Source: Elusimicrobiota bacterium
GTDB taxonomy: Bacteria > Elusimicrobiota > Elusimicrobia > UBA1565 > JACRDR01
Assembly (NCBI GenBank): GCA_041694815.1
Contig: JBGFSC010000054.1
Location: forward strand, 1 to 54,589
Direction: 5' to 3'
DNA length: 54,589 nucleotides
Shown here: positions 18,114-28,970 of the stretch, piece after piece
How positions within the stretch are numbered: the stretch's first letter is position 1
Layout of the letters: every line of letters starts with the position of its first letter
Made by a program: the position numbers and the translations under genes
The notes under the pieces: generated by a model
Database searches by the model: none
What the model was told of the DNA's origin: nothing
Seen by the model: the letters and a program-made list of their open reading frames with translations, nothing else

Positions 18114-19726
18114 GCGAAGAAAAGAACTTCACGACCAGCTCGGGCATCGAAATGCAGCGTTTTTACGGGCCCTCGGCCCCGGAAGGCGGCCGCATCGAGA
18201 CGGCCGACGCCGCTTTCGAGTCCTCCCGTTTGGGCAGTGCCGGCCAGCCACCGTTTACCCGCGGCATCCAGAAAACGATGTACCGCGGCCGGCTTTGGAC
18301 GATGCGCCAATACGCCGGCTTCGGCACCGCCTCCGAGACCAACGAACGCTTCCGCTGGCTGCTTTCCCAGGGACAGACGGGCCTCTCCACCGCTTTCGAC
18401 CTGCCGACGCAGATGGGACTCGACGCCGACCACCCGCGGGCCAAGGGCGAGGTCGGGCGCGTGGGGGTGCATGTCGGCACGCTCGACGATATGGAAGAGC
18501 TCTTCCGCGAGATCCCCCAGGAGAAGGTCTCCACCTCCTTGACGATCAATGCGACCGCCCCCGTGCTCCTGGCGTTCTACGTGGCGCTGGCCCGCAAGCG
18601 CGGGGTGGGCCCCGAGACACTACGCGGCACACTGCAAAACGACATCCTCAAGGAATACATCGCGCGGGGGACCTATATCTTCCCGCCGGCGGCGAGCCTG
18701 CGCCTGGCCGCCGATACGATCGAATACGCGGTGAGGCATATGCCCCTCTGGCACCCGATTTCCATCTCCGGCTACCACATCCGCGAGGCGGGCGCCAACG
18801 CCGTCCAAGAGCTCGCCTTCACCTTCGCCAACGCGGAAGTCTACGTCCAGACCCTCATGGACCGCGGCCTGGGTGTCGACGAGTTCGGGCCGAGGCTCGC
18901 TTTCTTCTTCGGCTGTCATAATCACTTCCTGGAGGAGATCGCCAAGTTCCGCGCGGCCAGGAGGATATGGTACCGGCTGATGAAGGAAGGCTACGGCGCC
19001 AAGGACCCCAAGACCCTCTCGCTGCGCTTCCATGTGCAGACCTGCGGTTCGACCCTGACGGGGCGGCAGCCGGCCAACAACGTGGTCCGCGTCGCCCTGC
19101 AGGCGATGGCCGCCGTGCTGGGGGGGACCCAATCGCTGCACACCAACGCCTATGACGAGGCCCTGGCCCTTCCATCGGAGGAGGCCGCTCAGGTCGCCCT
19201 GCGGACCCAGCAGATACTGGCCTACGAGACGGGAGTCGTCGATAGCGTCGATCCCCTGGCCGGCTCCTACGCCGTGGAGGCTTTGACCGACGAGATCGAA
19301 AAACGCGTCCTCGAGCTGATGGGGAAGATCCGGGAGCGCGGCGGCATGCTTCGGGCCATAGATAGCGGCTTTCCGCAGACGGAGATACAAGAGTCGGCGT
19401 ACCGCTACCAAAAGGAAGTCGAATCGGGCTCGCGCAAGGTGGTGGGGGTCAATTGCTACACGCACGAGGAGAAATCGCGGCGGAGGAACCTGCTCAAGGT
19501 CTCGCCGTCATTAGAGGCCAAGCAGGCCAAGAGGCTCAAGTCCTTCCGCAAGCACCGCGACGACGCCCGCTGCCGACGCTCCCTCGCGGAGCTGGGCCGC
19601 GCGGCGGGCTCCGCCTCGGAGAACTGCTTCGAGCGAATCCTCGACGCCGTCTGCGGCCAAGCCACCTTGGGTGAGATCTGCCAATCCCTCAAGGGAGCCT
19701 TCGGAGAATACAATGCCGCCGCCTAA
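18110..19726 (+). CDS. Methylmalonyl-CoA mutase, large (substrate-binding) subunit
   Basis: PFTRG, WTMRQYAGF, GLSTAFDLPTQMG, QNDILKEY, ISGYHIREAG, GTQSLHTN. Confidence 0.95.
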   Translation: MSEEKNFTTSSGIEMQRFYGPSAPEGGRIETADAAFESSRLGSAGQPPFTRGIQKTMYRGRLWTMRQYAGFGTASETNERFRWLLSQGQTGLSTAFDLPTQMGLDADHPRAKGEVGRVGVHVGTLDDMEELFREIPQEKVSTSLTINATAPVLLAFYVALARKRGVGPETLRGTLQNDILKEYIARGTYIFPPAASLRLAADTIEYAVRHMPLWHPISISGYHIREAGANAVQELAFTFANAEVYVQTLMDRGLGVDEFGPRLAFFFGCHNHFLEEIAKFRAARRIWYRLMKEGYGAKDPKTLSLRFHVQTCGSTLTGRQPANNVVRVALQAMAAVLGGTQSLHTNAYDEALALPSEEAAQVALRTQQILAYETGVVDSVDPLAGSYAVEALTDEIEKRVLELMGKIRERGGMLRAIDSGFPQTEIQESAYRYQKEVESGSRKVVGVNCYTHEEKSRRRNLLKVSPSLEAKQAKRLKSFRKHRDDARCRRSLAELGRAAGSASENCFERILDAVCGQATLGEICQSLKGAFGEYNAAA

Positions 19727-21515
19727 AGGCCTTCAGCGCCGCAAGACGGTACTCGAGGTGCTCGCGGAGCGCGGCCTGCTAACCGCCGAGCAGCTCAAGG
19801 CCGCCGACGACGACGCAAAGAAAAATGGCCGTTCGGTCCAGCAATCGATCATCGAGCTGGGCTTCATGACCAAGCCGCCGTTGCTTAAGGCCTTGTCGGA
19901 GGAATGGCGGGTCAAGGCCGTCGACCTGAGCCAGATGGACATCGATAAGGACATCGTGTCCATCATTCCGGAGGCCGTCGCGCGGCGCCATTTCGCCGTG
20001 CCCTTCGCCAAGGAGGAATCAGTTCTCTTCATCGCCATGGCGGACCCCCGTGATTTCTTCGTCTCCGAGGACATACACCTGCGCACGGGCCTCGAGGTGC
20101 AGGCATACCTGGCGATGCCGATGGACGTTGTCAACGCCCTGGATATGGCCTACGGCAAGGGGACCGGGGCGGCGGTCAGCAAGCTGGTGGAGGCCATCCA
20201 GAGAAAGCCCGAGGACGGCCTGCCCCCGGACCAGGCCGGCATGGAGCTGGCCAAGGACCAGCCCAAGACCGACATTGCCGAGGTCGACGCCACGGCCCCC
20301 GAAGTCGAGAAATTCGTCAATGCCATCATCCTCTCGGCCCTGACGATGAAGGCCTCCGACATCCACATCGAGCCGCAGGAGGATGCCACGGGCAAGGATT
20401 CCAAGATCCTGCTGCGCTACCGCGTCGACGGCATGCTGCGTCCCGGGCAGTTCACGGTCCCTTGGGCCTACCGCTCCGCGGTGATCGCGAAAATCAAGAT
20501 CATGACGAACTCGATGAACATCACCGAGCGGCGCATCCCGCAATCGGGCCGCATACAGCTGTTGGCCGGCGGCAACCCGGTGGAGTTCCGCGTCGAGATG
20601 GTGCCTACGGCCTACGGTGAATCGTGCGTCATGCGTATCCTCGACCGAAAATCGGTGCAGGTCGACATCAATAAGATGGGCTTTCTGCCTGACACCTTGG
20701 ATAAATTCCTGGGAATGCTCAAGGGCATCGGGGGCAAGAAGAACTTCGGGCTGATCCTCATCTGCGGCCCGACGGGTTCCGGAAAATCCACGACCCTCTA
20801 CGCAGCGCTCAACCACGTCAACCGGCCCGACATCAAGATCCTGACCGCGGAGAATCCTGTCGAATACAACCTCGACGGCATCATCCAGGTGCCGGTCAAC
20901 CCGGACTTAAAGCTCGGCGGCGACAAGGTGTTCAATTTCGCCTCGGCCCTGCGCTCCTTCCTGCGCTTGGACCCCGACGTGATCATGGTCGGCGAGATCC
21001 GCGATGAGGAAACCGCGCATATCGCCATGGAGGCCGCCATGACCGGCCACCTGGTCTTCTCCACCATCCACACCAACGACGCGCCTTCGGCCATCAGCCG
21101 CTTGACGGACATGGGGCTTCCCGCCTTCATGGTGGCCACGACGATGAAGGCCGTCATGGCCCAACGCCTGAGCCGAAGGCTTTGCCCGGACTGCAAGAAG
21201 CCCCACGACCCGACCCCCGAGGAGATCGAGGTGTTCAAGGCCAACAAGGTCGACCTCCCGGCGGGAACCAAGATCTACAAGGGGGAGGGCTGCGATTCCT
21301 GCAAGGGAGCCGGCTACAAGGGACGCGTCGGCATGCACGAGCTCATGGTCCTGACGGACTCCTTGAGGGCCTACTGCCTCAAGGATGTCGCCGCCGATAA
21401 CGTGCGCAATGTCGCCGTGAAGGAAGGAATGCGCCTCATCGTGCAGGACGGCCTGGAAAAGGTGAAGATGGGCATGACCACCGTGCGCGAAGTGCTGGGC
21501 GGCACGGAGGGCTGA
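19713..21515 (+). CDS. PilB/GspE-family assembly ATPase
   Basis: ASDIHIEP, Walker A GPTGSGKST, LRLDPDVIMVGEIRD, TGHLVFSTIHTN, CPDC/CDSC zinc motif; N-terminal MshEN-like domain. Confidence 0.93.
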   Translation: MPPPKGLQRRKTVLEVLAERGLLTAEQLKAADDDAKKNGRSVQQSIIELGFMTKPPLLKALSEEWRVKAVDLSQMDIDKDIVSIIPEAVARRHFAVPFAKEESVLFIAMADPRDFFVSEDIHLRTGLEVQAYLAMPMDVVNALDMAYGKGTGAAVSKLVEAIQRKPEDGLPPDQAGMELAKDQPKTDIAEVDATAPEVEKFVNAIILSALTMKASDIHIEPQEDATGKDSKILLRYRVDGMLRPGQFTVPWAYRSAVIAKIKIMTNSMNITERRIPQSGRIQLLAGGNPVEFRVEMVPTAYGESCVMRILDRKSVQVDINKMGFLPDTLDKFLGMLKGIGGKKNFGLILICGPTGSGKSTTLYAALNHVNRPDIKILTAENPVEYNLDGIIQVPVNPDLKLGGDKVFNFASALRSFLRLDPDVIMVGEIRDEETAHIAMEAAMTGHLVFSTIHTNDAPSAISRLTDMGLPAFMVATTMKAVMAQRLSRRLCPDCKKPHDPTPEEIEVFKANKVDLPAGTKIYKGEGCDSCKGAGYKGRVGMHELMVLTDSLRAYCLKDVAADNVRNVAVKEGMRLIVQDGLEKVKMGMTTVREVLGGTEG

Positions 21516-22609
21516 TGGCGGCCGAAAAAATTTCCGGCGACGGCGTCGGCGAGACGGCGGCCCTCGATCTTTTCTCCATCGCGGGTTCCCTTAATTCCAC
21601 GTTGGACTTGGACTTTCTCTTGCAAAAGATCGGCCTGGCGGCCGAGCGGTTACTGGATTCGGAAGCCAGCTCGATCATGCTCGTGACCGAGGACAAGAAA
21701 AGCCTGTACTTCCGCGTCGCCTCGGGCTCCTCCGGCTCGGCGTTGAAGACGATGACGCTTCCCATCGGCAAGGGCATCGCCGGGTGGGTAGCCCAGACGA
21801 GGAAGCCCGAGCTCGTCAACGACACGCGCTCCGATCCCCGCTTCGCCGGGCAATTCGATAAGGCCTCCGGCTTCATCACGCGGTCGCTTCTGTGCGTTCC
21901 CATGCTTTTCCGCGGGGAACTCGTCGGCGTGGCCGAGGTGCTCAACAAGCGCACGGGCCCCTACACCCAGGAGCATATCGGGCTGCTCTCGAGCCTCGCC
22001 AACCTCGCCTCCGTCGCGATCACCAACACCAAGCTCATCCAGGACCAAAAAAACTTCTTCTCGCACATACTCGAGCTCTTGACGGGAGTCATCGAGACGG
22101 CCAAGCCGCGCATGGAGGACCATCCCCCGCGCGCGGCGAGGCTGGCGTGTTCAATAGGCAAGGTGCTGGAGGTCGATGACTACGATTACCGCATGCTTTA
22201 CTACGCCGGCATCCTGCACGATATCGGCTACGTGGCTTTCCGCAATCCGCGCGTGCTCGCGGGGCTCGGGCTGGCCAGCGCCGCCGAGGAGCATCACCCG
22301 GCCCTGTCCGCGAAAATGCTCGAGGGGATCACCATGCTCGAGGGCGCGATTCCCTTTATCCGCCACCATCATGAATATTTCGACGGCTCGGGCTTCCCGG
22401 GCAAGCTCAAGGGGGATGCGATCCCGCTCGGCGCGCGCATCCTCTGCCTGGTCGAGAGCCTCGAGGAGATCCGCATGATGGGCCTGCGGGGCCCGGAACT
22501 GATATCCAGGGCCGTCGAGGAGGCCAAGGCGGGTTCCGGAACGCGCTTCGACCCGCGCGTCGTGGAGGCGGCGGTGCAGGTGCTCGAGGCGGGGGACGGC
22601 AATTGGTGA
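21515..22609 (+). CDS. GAF + HD-GYP-like domain protein
   Basis: GAF ([26 protein letters not shown]); LHDIG and [23 protein letters not shown]. Confidence 0.88.
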   Translation: MAAEKISGDGVGETAALDLFSIAGSLNSTLDLDFLLQKIGLAAERLLDSEASSIMLVTEDKKSLYFRVASGSSGSALKTMTLPIGKGIAGWVAQTRKPELVNDTRSDPRFAGQFDKASGFITRSLLCVPMLFRGELVGVAEVLNKRTGPYTQEHIGLLSSLANLASVAITNTKLIQDQKNFFSHILELLTGVIETAKPRMEDHPPRAARLACSIGKVLEVDDYDYRMLYYAGILHDIGYVAFRNPRVLAGLGLASAAEEHHPALSAKMLEGITMLEGAIPFIRHHHEYFDGSGFPGKLKGDAIPLGARILCLVESLEEIRMMGLRGPELISRAVEEAKAGSGTRFDPRVVEAAVQVLEAGDGNW

Positions 22610-23010
22610 AGACGGTACGGGTCCTCATCGCCAAGCCGGGCTTAGACGGGCACGATCGCGGCGCCAAGGTCATCGTGCGCGCGCTGCGGGACGCCGGTTT
22701 CGAGGTCATCTATACGGGGATTCGGCAGACGCCCGAGATGATCGCGCAGGCCGCCGTCCAGGAGGATGTCGACGCCGTCGGCCTTTCGCTTTTGTCCGGG
22801 GCGCACATGACGCTGTTCCCGAAGGTCGTTGAGATGCTGCGGGCCAAGGGTCTCAAGGACGTGCTCGTTTTCGGCGGGGGCATCATCCCCAACGAGGATA
22901 TCCCGGCGCTCAAGAAGAAGGGCGTCGATGAAATCTTTGGCCCCGGGACGCCGACCTCCGATATCGCGGACTATTTAAGGAAACGTTTTGAAGGCCAGCA
23001 AGGGAAATAA
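22606..23010 (+). CDS. Methylmalonyl-CoA mutase, cobalamin-binding subunit
   Basis: [13 protein letters not shown] (DxHxxG), [19 protein letters not shown]. Confidence 0.95.
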   Translation: MKTVRVLIAKPGLDGHDRGAKVIVRALRDAGFEVIYTGIRQTPEMIAQAAVQEDVDAVGLSLLSGAHMTLFPKVVEMLRAKGLKDVLVFGGGIIPNEDIPALKKKGVDEIFGPGTPTSDIADYLRKRFEGQQGK

Positions 23011-24334
23011 CGGCTTGGCGTCGCGCGTGGTCGCTGGAGATCAGGCGGCCGCCGGCCGCGCGTTGAGCGTCGTGGTCAACGAATCCGAGGGCTTCGAGGC
23101 CCTGGGCCGCAGCTTCTTCGCCTATTCGGGCCGCGCGCACAAGATCGGCGTTTGCGGGCCGCCCGGCTGCGGCAAGTCCACCCTCATCAACCGTTTGCTC
23201 GCCCAGTTCCGCAAGGCCGGCGAGAAGGTGGGCGTGCTGGCCGTCGACCCCACCAGCCCCTGGACGGGCGGCGCCTTCCTGGGGGACCGCCTTCGAGTCC
23301 AGGAGCACGCGATGGATCCAGGCGTTTTCTTCCGCAGCCTCGGGTCCCGAGGGACCGTGGGCGGACTGACCGCGACCATCTTCGGCGCCATCCACGTGCT
23401 GGAGGCCTACGGCTGCCAGCGGATACTGCTTGAGACGGTAGGCACGGGGCAGGACGAGGTCGAAATTTCCCACGTCGCCGACACGGTACTCTACTTGACG
23501 GCGCCCTCCTTGGGCGACGAAATACAGGCAATGAAAGCGGGAGCCATGGAGGCCGCGGACATCGTGGTGCTCAATAAGGCCGATCTGGCGGGCAAGGACA
23601 GGGCCTTGGCGGCCCTCCGCGAGGCCTTCAGCCTGGCCGAAAGGGAAAGCGCCGGCTGGAAGATGCGCATCGCCGCGACTTCGGCAGCCTCGGGGGAGGG
23701 AATCGAGGAGCTGCTTCGCTTGATCGCGGAGCACCGCGCCTATTTGTCCGACTCGGAGGAGGGCAGGCGTCGGGCCAAGGACCAGCTCCGTATGGAGCTA
23801 TTCTGGCTCGTATCGCGGCGCCTGCATCAGAATATCCTAAGCCAGGTCTCGGACCGCGATCTGGAGGCGATGCTGGAGAAGACCTCCGATCCGTGGACCT
23901 TGGGCGAGCAATTGGTGTCGGGGGGCCGGGGTCTCGACCATGTGGGGGTGGCGGTCTCCAGCATCCGATCGGCGCTTCCCTTCTATCAGGACCAATTGGG
24001 CCTTCGCCTGACGCACGAAGAGACCGTCGTGGCCCAGGGCGTGCGCGTCGCCTTCCTCGCCCCGCCGTCCGCCTTGCCGGGTGCCTGCCAGGTCGAATTG
24101 CTCGAGCCTCTCGCCGAGGGGGCGGTGTCGCGCTTCATCGATAAGCGCGGCCCCGGCCTTCACCATATCGCCTTCCATTCCTCCGACATCCGCTCCGACA
24201 TGCGCCGCTTGCGCGAGGCGGGAAGCCCTCCGATCGAATCCGAGCCCCGCCCCGGCTCGCGCGGCCATCGGGTGTGCTTCCTGCACCCTAAGTCCGCTCA
24301 CGGAGTTCTCGTGGAGCTCGTGGCCCATGCCTAA
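22988..24334 (+). CDS. meaB: MeaB GTPase fused to methylmalonyl-CoA epimerase
   Basis: [37 protein letters not shown]; then [34 protein letters not shown] in the same frame. Confidence 0.88.
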   Translation: MKASKGNNGLASRVVAGDQAAAGRALSVVVNESEGFEALGRSFFAYSGRAHKIGVCGPPGCGKSTLINRLLAQFRKAGEKVGVLAVDPTSPWTGGAFLGDRLRVQEHAMDPGVFFRSLGSRGTVGGLTATIFGAIHVLEAYGCQRILLETVGTGQDEVEISHVADTVLYLTAPSLGDEIQAMKAGAMEAADIVVLNKADLAGKDRALAALREAFSLAERESAGWKMRIAATSAASGEGIEELLRLIAEHRAYLSDSEEGRRRAKDQLRMELFWLVSRRLHQNILSQVSDRDLEAMLEKTSDPWTLGEQLVSGGRGLDHVGVAVSSIRSALPFYQDQLGLRLTHEETVVAQGVRVAFLAPPSALPGACQVELLEPLAEGAVSRFIDKRGPGLHHIAFHSSDIRSDMRRLREAGSPPIESEPRPGSRGHRVCFLHPKSAHGVLVELVAHA

Positions 24335-25901
24335 GGCCAAAAAGGAGAAAGCGCCGGCTCCCTCGAAAACGACGGAGCTTTTAGAGCGCGTCGCCAGGGC
24401 CCGGGCGGGCGGAGGCCCGCAGCGCGTCGCCGTCCAGAAGGCCCAAGGCAAGCTGACGGCGCGCGAGCGCATCGACCTGCTGCTCGACGATGACAGCTTC
24501 GAGGAGCTAGGCCTGCTCGTCGAGAAGCGCTCCAAGGAGTTCGGTCTGGGCGAGCGCTACCTCGCCGCCGACGGGGTAGTCACCGGAACGGGACGCATCA
24601 ACGGCCGCAGCGTCTGCGTCTTCTCGCAGGACTTCACCGTGATGGGAGGGTCGCTCGGCCTCGCCCATGCCAAGAAGATATGCAATGTCTTGGATCTGGC
24701 CGTGGAGAGCGGCGTCCCCGTGATCGGCCTTTGCGATTCGGGAGGGGCACGCATACAGGAGGGGGTCGAGTCCCTCGGCGGCTACGCGGAGATCTTCTAC
24801 CGGAACGTGCAGGCCTCGGGCCGGATTCCCCAGATCTCGGCCATATTGGGCCCCTGCGCCGGCGGGGCGGTCTATTCGCCGGCCATCACCGATTTCGTGT
24901 TCATGGTGGAGGGCACTAGCCACATGTTCATCACGGGGCCCGAGGTGGTCAAGGCCGCCACGGGCGAGCTCACCAATTTCGAGGATTTGGGCGGCGCGCG
25001 CACGCACGCCTTGCGCTCCGGGGTCTGCCATTTCACCGCCGGCTCCGAGCAGGACTGCTTCCGGCAGATCCGCGAGCTGATGGAATACCTCCCGCAGAAC
25101 TGCTTCGACTCGCCCAAGCCGGGGATTTCCGACGACGATCCAGGGCGCGAAAGCGCCCTTTTGGGCAAGATCGCGGAGATGGACGCCAAGAAGCCCTATT
25201 CGATCCACGACGTGATCTGGGAGCTCGCCGACCACCATTCCTTCTTCGAGGTGCATCGCCATTTTGCCCCGAACATCGTCGTCGGCTTTATCCGGCTCGC
25301 TGGCCAGCCGGTGGGCGTGGTGGCGAACAACCCGCGGCATCTCTCCGGCGCCTTGGACATCTCGGCCTCCGAGAAGGGGGCGCGTTTCGTCCGCTTTTGC
25401 GACGCGTTCAACATACCGCTTTTGACCTTGGTCGACGTGCCCGGGTATTGGCCCGGGGTGGAGCAGGAGCACGGCGGGATCATCCGCAAGGGAGCCAAAC
25501 TCCTCTACGCCTACAGCGAGGCCACGGTACCCAAGGTCACCGTCGTCCTACGCAAGGCGTACGGGGGAGCTTACGACGTGATGAGCTCCAAGCATATCCG
25601 CGGCGACATGAATTTCGCCTGGCCCTGCGCCGAGATCGCCGTCATGGGACCGCAGGGCGCCGTCGACATCCTTTTCGGCAAGGAGATCCGCAAGGCGGCC
25701 GACCCGGCCAAGCGCCGGGCCGAGCTTATCGAGGAGTATACCAGGAATTTCGCCAATCCCTATCTCGCCGCCCAAAGGGGATACATCGACGAGGTGATTC
25801 CGGCCGCCCGGACACGCCCGAAGCTAATCACGGCGTTCGGGTTCCTGAAGAACAAGCGGGTGGACTCGCCGAAGAAAAAGCACGGGAATATACCCTTATG
25901 A
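24327..25901 (+). CDS. Acyl-CoA (propionyl/methylmalonyl-CoA) carboxyltransferase beta subunit
   Basis: [55 protein letters not shown]. Confidence 0.95.
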   Translation: MPKAKKEKAPAPSKTTELLERVARARAGGGPQRVAVQKAQGKLTARERIDLLLDDDSFEELGLLVEKRSKEFGLGERYLAADGVVTGTGRINGRSVCVFSQDFTVMGGSLGLAHAKKICNVLDLAVESGVPVIGLCDSGGARIQEGVESLGGYAEIFYRNVQASGRIPQISAILGPCAGGAVYSPAITDFVFMVEGTSHMFITGPEVVKAATGELTNFEDLGGARTHALRSGVCHFTAGSEQDCFRQIRELMEYLPQNCFDSPKPGISDDDPGRESALLGKIAEMDAKKPYSIHDVIWELADHHSFFEVHRHFAPNIVVGFIRLAGQPVGVVANNPRHLSGALDISASEKGARFVRFCDAFNIPLLTLVDVPGYWPGVEQEHGGIIRKGAKLLYAYSEATVPKVTVVLRKAYGGAYDVMSSKHIRGDMNFAWPCAEIAVMGPQGAVDILFGKEIRKAADPAKRRAELIEEYTRNFANPYLAAQRGYIDEVIPAARTRPKLITAFGFLKNKRVDSPKKKHGNIPL

Positions 25902-25912
25902 AGGGAGGGTTT

Positions 25913-26845
25913 ATGGCACGCAAGAAAGTGACGGTGATCGGGGCCGGGTTCGTGGGCTCCACCCTGGCCCAGCGCCTGGCGGAGATGGAGTTGGCAGACA
26001 TCGTGCTCGTCGATATCCCGCAGACGGAGGGAATGCCGGCCGGCAAGGCCTTGGACATCCTCGAGGCGGCGCCGATTTACGGCTACGACAGCGTCGTTAC
26101 GGGCACGACCTCCTATGAGCCGACCTCCAATTCCGACGTGGTGGTGATCACGGCCGGGATTCCCCGCAAGCCCGGCATGAGCCGCGACGACCTGCTCAAC
26201 ACCAACGCCGGGATAGTCAAGAACGTGACCGAATCCGTGGTCCGTTATTCTCCCAACGCGATCTTGATCGTGGTCTCCAACCCCTTGGACGCCATGTGCC
26301 TGGTCGCCCTGAGGACCTCGAAGTTCCCAAAGCATCGTGTGCTCGGCATGGCCGGCGTGCTCGACTCGGCCCGCATGAGGACTTTCATCGCCGAGGCCTT
26401 GAACGTCTCGGCGGAGAACGTGCATGCGATGGTGCTGGGGGGGCACGGCGACACCATGGTTCCCCTGCCCCGTTTTTCGACCGTCGCTGGCATCCCCATC
26501 ACCGAGCTATTGCCGAAGGAGAAGATCGCCGCGATCAACCAGCGCACGCGCGACGGCGGGGCCGAGATCGTCAAGCTGCTCAAGACCGGCTCGGCGTATT
26601 ACGCCCCCTCGGCTTCGGCCGCCGAGATGGTGGAGGCCATTCTCAAGGACAAGAACAAGATACTGCCCTGCGCGGTGTACCTAGAGGGGGAATACGGCAT
26701 CGACGGGGTGTTCGTGGGGGTGCCGGCGAAGCTGGGGAGCCGCGGGCTCGTCGAGGTGGTGCAGCTCAACCTCGCCGTCGAAGAGCGCATCGAGCTGCAA
26801 AAATCCGCCTCCGCCGTCCGCGAGCTCTCCGCCGCCCTCAAATAA
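25913..26845 (+). CDS. mdh: Malate dehydrogenase (LDH-like)
   Basis: [44 protein letters not shown] ggagg. Confidence 0.95.
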   Translation: MARKKVTVIGAGFVGSTLAQRLAEMELADIVLVDIPQTEGMPAGKALDILEAAPIYGYDSVVTGTTSYEPTSNSDVVVITAGIPRKPGMSRDDLLNTNAGIVKNVTESVVRYSPNAILIVVSNPLDAMCLVALRTSKFPKHRVLGMAGVLDSARMRTFIAEALNVSAENVHAMVLGGHGDTMVPLPRFSTVAGIPITELLPKEKIAAINQRTRDGGAEIVKLLKTGSAYYAPSASAAEMVEAILKDKNKILPCAVYLEGEYGIDGVFVGVPAKLGSRGLVEVVQLNLAVEERIELQKSASAVRELSAALK

Positions 26846-27624
26846 TGCTGTTGGCCTTGGACGTTGGAAACACCAACATCACCGTCGGCGCCTTCGAGGG
26901 CTCAAGGCTCCTTCGCCTGTGGCGCCTGGCCACCGACGTCAAGAAGACGGCCGACGAGTATGGGAGCTTGCTGGCCTCCTTGACCCTCCATGCGGGCGGC
27001 GGCGCGGTGACGGAGGCCGTCTTCGGCAGCGTCGTCGACGCCGTCAATCCGGCGCTGCGCGCCGCGATCAAAAAGTACCTGGCGGTCGAGCCCTTGGCCA
27101 TCGCCTCCGCCGTGTCGCTCCCCCTCAAGCTGCGCGTCGACCATCCGGAGGAGGTGGGCGTCGACCGCGCGCTTAACGCGCTGGCCGCCGTGGAATCGGC
27201 GGGCGCGCCCTGCATCGTCATCGATTTCGGCACGGCCACCACCTTCGACTGCGTTTCGGCTCGGGGGGAATACATCGGCGGCGCCATTTTAATCGGCCCA
27301 AAGCTGGCCTCGGCCGCGCTGGCCCTCTATACGGCGAAGCTTCCGGAAGTCGAGCTGGCCCGGCCCGCCCGAGTGATAGGTAAAAACACCGTTTCCTGCA
27401 TTCAAGCCGGGCTTTATCATGGGTATTTGGGCATGCTGCAGCGCGTGCTGGAGCTAACGCTCAAGGAGATGCGGGCCACCTCGAAAAAGCGCATACGCAT
27501 TATCGCCACCGGGGGATTGGCCGGGCTGTTTTATAAGGAACTCAAAGGCGTTGATTCTTACATCCCGGAATTGACGCTTCAGGGATTGCGCTTGGCGCAT
27601 GAGGCTTTATCGGTTAGGGCATGA
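26845..27624 (+). CDS. coaX: Type III pantothenate kinase
   Basis: LALDVGNTN, EVGVDR, IDFGTATT, IATGGLA. Confidence 0.95.
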   Translation: MLLALDVGNTNITVGAFEGSRLLRLWRLATDVKKTADEYGSLLASLTLHAGGGAVTEAVFGSVVDAVNPALRAAIKKYLAVEPLAIASAVSLPLKLRVDHPEEVGVDRALNALAAVESAGAPCIVIDFGTATTFDCVSARGEYIGGAILIGPKLASAALALYTAKLPEVELARPARVIGKNTVSCIQAGLYHGYLGMLQRVLELTLKEMRATSKKRIRIIATGGLAGLFYKELKGVDSYIPELTLQGLRLAHEALSVRA

Positions 27625-27630
27625 TCAAAT

Positions 27631-27716
27631 TGTGCATGAGGGGGATAAGTCTGTGGATAACTTAGCCCATTTATATAAAAAGTGCTTAAAATTTATATAT
27701 TTTATTGTTATTTTAG
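27631..27716. promoter_or_regulatory. DnaA-box cluster followed by an AT-rich tract (candidate oriC or DnaA site)
   Basis: tgtgcatga (27631), gggggataa (27640), perfect tgtggataa (27652), then a ~48-bp almost pure A/T stretch in a GC-rich genome. Confidence 0.5.
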
Positions 27717-28414
27717 CTGTTCCGCCCCGGTCTTTTGCGGGTGGAGATCAATTTGGCCTTTTTAAGCAATACGTTACGCAAGCCTCTTTAAAGCCGTTCA
27801 CACGCGATTTGGGCGGAATACTCGGCTCGGCCGCCTTCCATAACGGACGCAGCCTGGGCTTCTCCGGCTTCGACATAGGGGTCCACGGCGGCATCCAGCT
27901 GCGGCCCGAGCGGGGCAACGAGATACTGCGCCGCTCGGGGGTGGGGGCCTTCGGCCTGCCCTGGGTGCAGGCCGAGATCGGCATGCCCTTTCGTTTCGAC
28001 GGGCTTATCCGCGGCATCAGCTTCCAGGGCCTGACCATCGCCGGTGGGGGGCTGCGCTACGGGCTTCTCAAGGTATCCGACCGGCCGTTGACCCCGCAAT
28101 TGCTGCTCTCCACCGTGGCGCACTCCGTAGCCCACAAGGATTTCTCCGCCAGTCATATCGGGGCCAGCCTGGTCGCCTCCGTGGGCGTCCCGATGGCGAC
28201 GCCCTATATCGGATTGGGCCTCGACCGCACCCGCGTGGTCGTGCGGGCCGCCGACACCGACCCTTCCCTGGTGGGCGCGGTCACCTCCACCTTGGAGTCC
28301 CATTTTACCGCCGGCGTGTCCGTTCGTCCTTATCCCTTCGTCTATGTGCAAGGGGCCTTCACCCTGGCCCATGGACAACCGGGTTTCGATACGGGGTTCG
28401 GTATTCGTTTTTAA
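27653..28414 (+). CDS. Putative outer-membrane beta-barrel protein
   Basis: Signal-like N-terminus, alternating beta pattern, C-terminal GFGIRF; start uncertain (in-frame GTG 27653 or ATG 27599). Confidence 0.65.
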   Translation: MDNLAHLYKKCLKFIYFIVILAVPPRSFAGGDQFGLFKQYVTQASLKPFTRDLGGILGSAAFHNGRSLGFSGFDIGVHGGIQLRPERGNEILRRSGVGAFGLPWVQAEIGMPFRFDGLIRGISFQGLTIAGGGLRYGLLKVSDRPLTPQLLLSTVAHSVAHKDFSASHIGASLVASVGVPMATPYIGLGLDRTRVVVRAADTDPSLVGAVTSTLESHFTAGVSVRPYPFVYVQGAFTLAHGQPGFDTGFGIRF

Positions 28415-28500
28415 GCGGCCGTAAAGAGCGGCTTTTACACGCCTTAAGCGCGCGACCTACAAAAAGAGACCTGATTCTAAGCCTTAGCCCGGCAAGAATT

Positions 28501-28848
28501 TTACCGGATGTTTCGAAGTCCCACGTAAGTCCTGATCACCGAGATGCTGATGCGATAGGCTTGGGGCGTATTAAGTATGTTGGCCAACATAACCGCGCCT
28601 TGTTCGGTGTAAGCCCACGGCTTATGTCGTCGCCCACCTTTTCCGGGATGCCGCGGCCTCATGAACAGGGCTTCTTCATCGTCAAGTTGAAAGGCAAAAT
28701 CTAACGGGAATCGTATCCGATTCCGCAAAAATTGCCTATTTAAGTGCCTGGTTTTCACGCCATAGAGTCGAGCCAGCTCATGGTCCCAAATGACAGCCAG
28801 GCCTTTAAAAGAACGAAATTGGCATCCAAAAAACTCATGCTTTACCAT
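28501..28848 (-). CDS. ORF6N-domain DNA-binding protein (short)
   Basis: D.ELA.LYGV.T..LN....RN..RFP.DF.FQL...GGRR..P.A.TEQG..MLA.ILN; start uncertain. Confidence 0.75.
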   Translation of the reverse strand: MVKHEFFGCQFRSFKGLAVIWDHELARLYGVKTRHLNRQFLRNRIRFPLDFAFQLDDEEALFMRPRHPGKGGRRHKPWAYTEQGAVMLANILNTPQAYRISISVIRTYVGLRNIR

Positions 28849-28898
28849 TCTCCTACTTATACGAACGGCCGGGGGTTTAGTTCCTTGAAAAAGCATCT

Positions 28899-28933
28899 TT
28901 TCTACGCGGTGCCGAAATGGCACCGCGTAGAAA
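28899..28933. repeat. Hairpin with CGGTGCC/GGCACCG core (related to family B); possible smpB terminator
   Basis: tttctacgcggtgcc-gaaat-ggcaccgcgtagaaa, 15-bp perfect arms. Confidence 0.6.
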
Positions 28934-28970
28934 GTGACAAAAACGGAATACCGTAAAGGGAACCCTGAAG

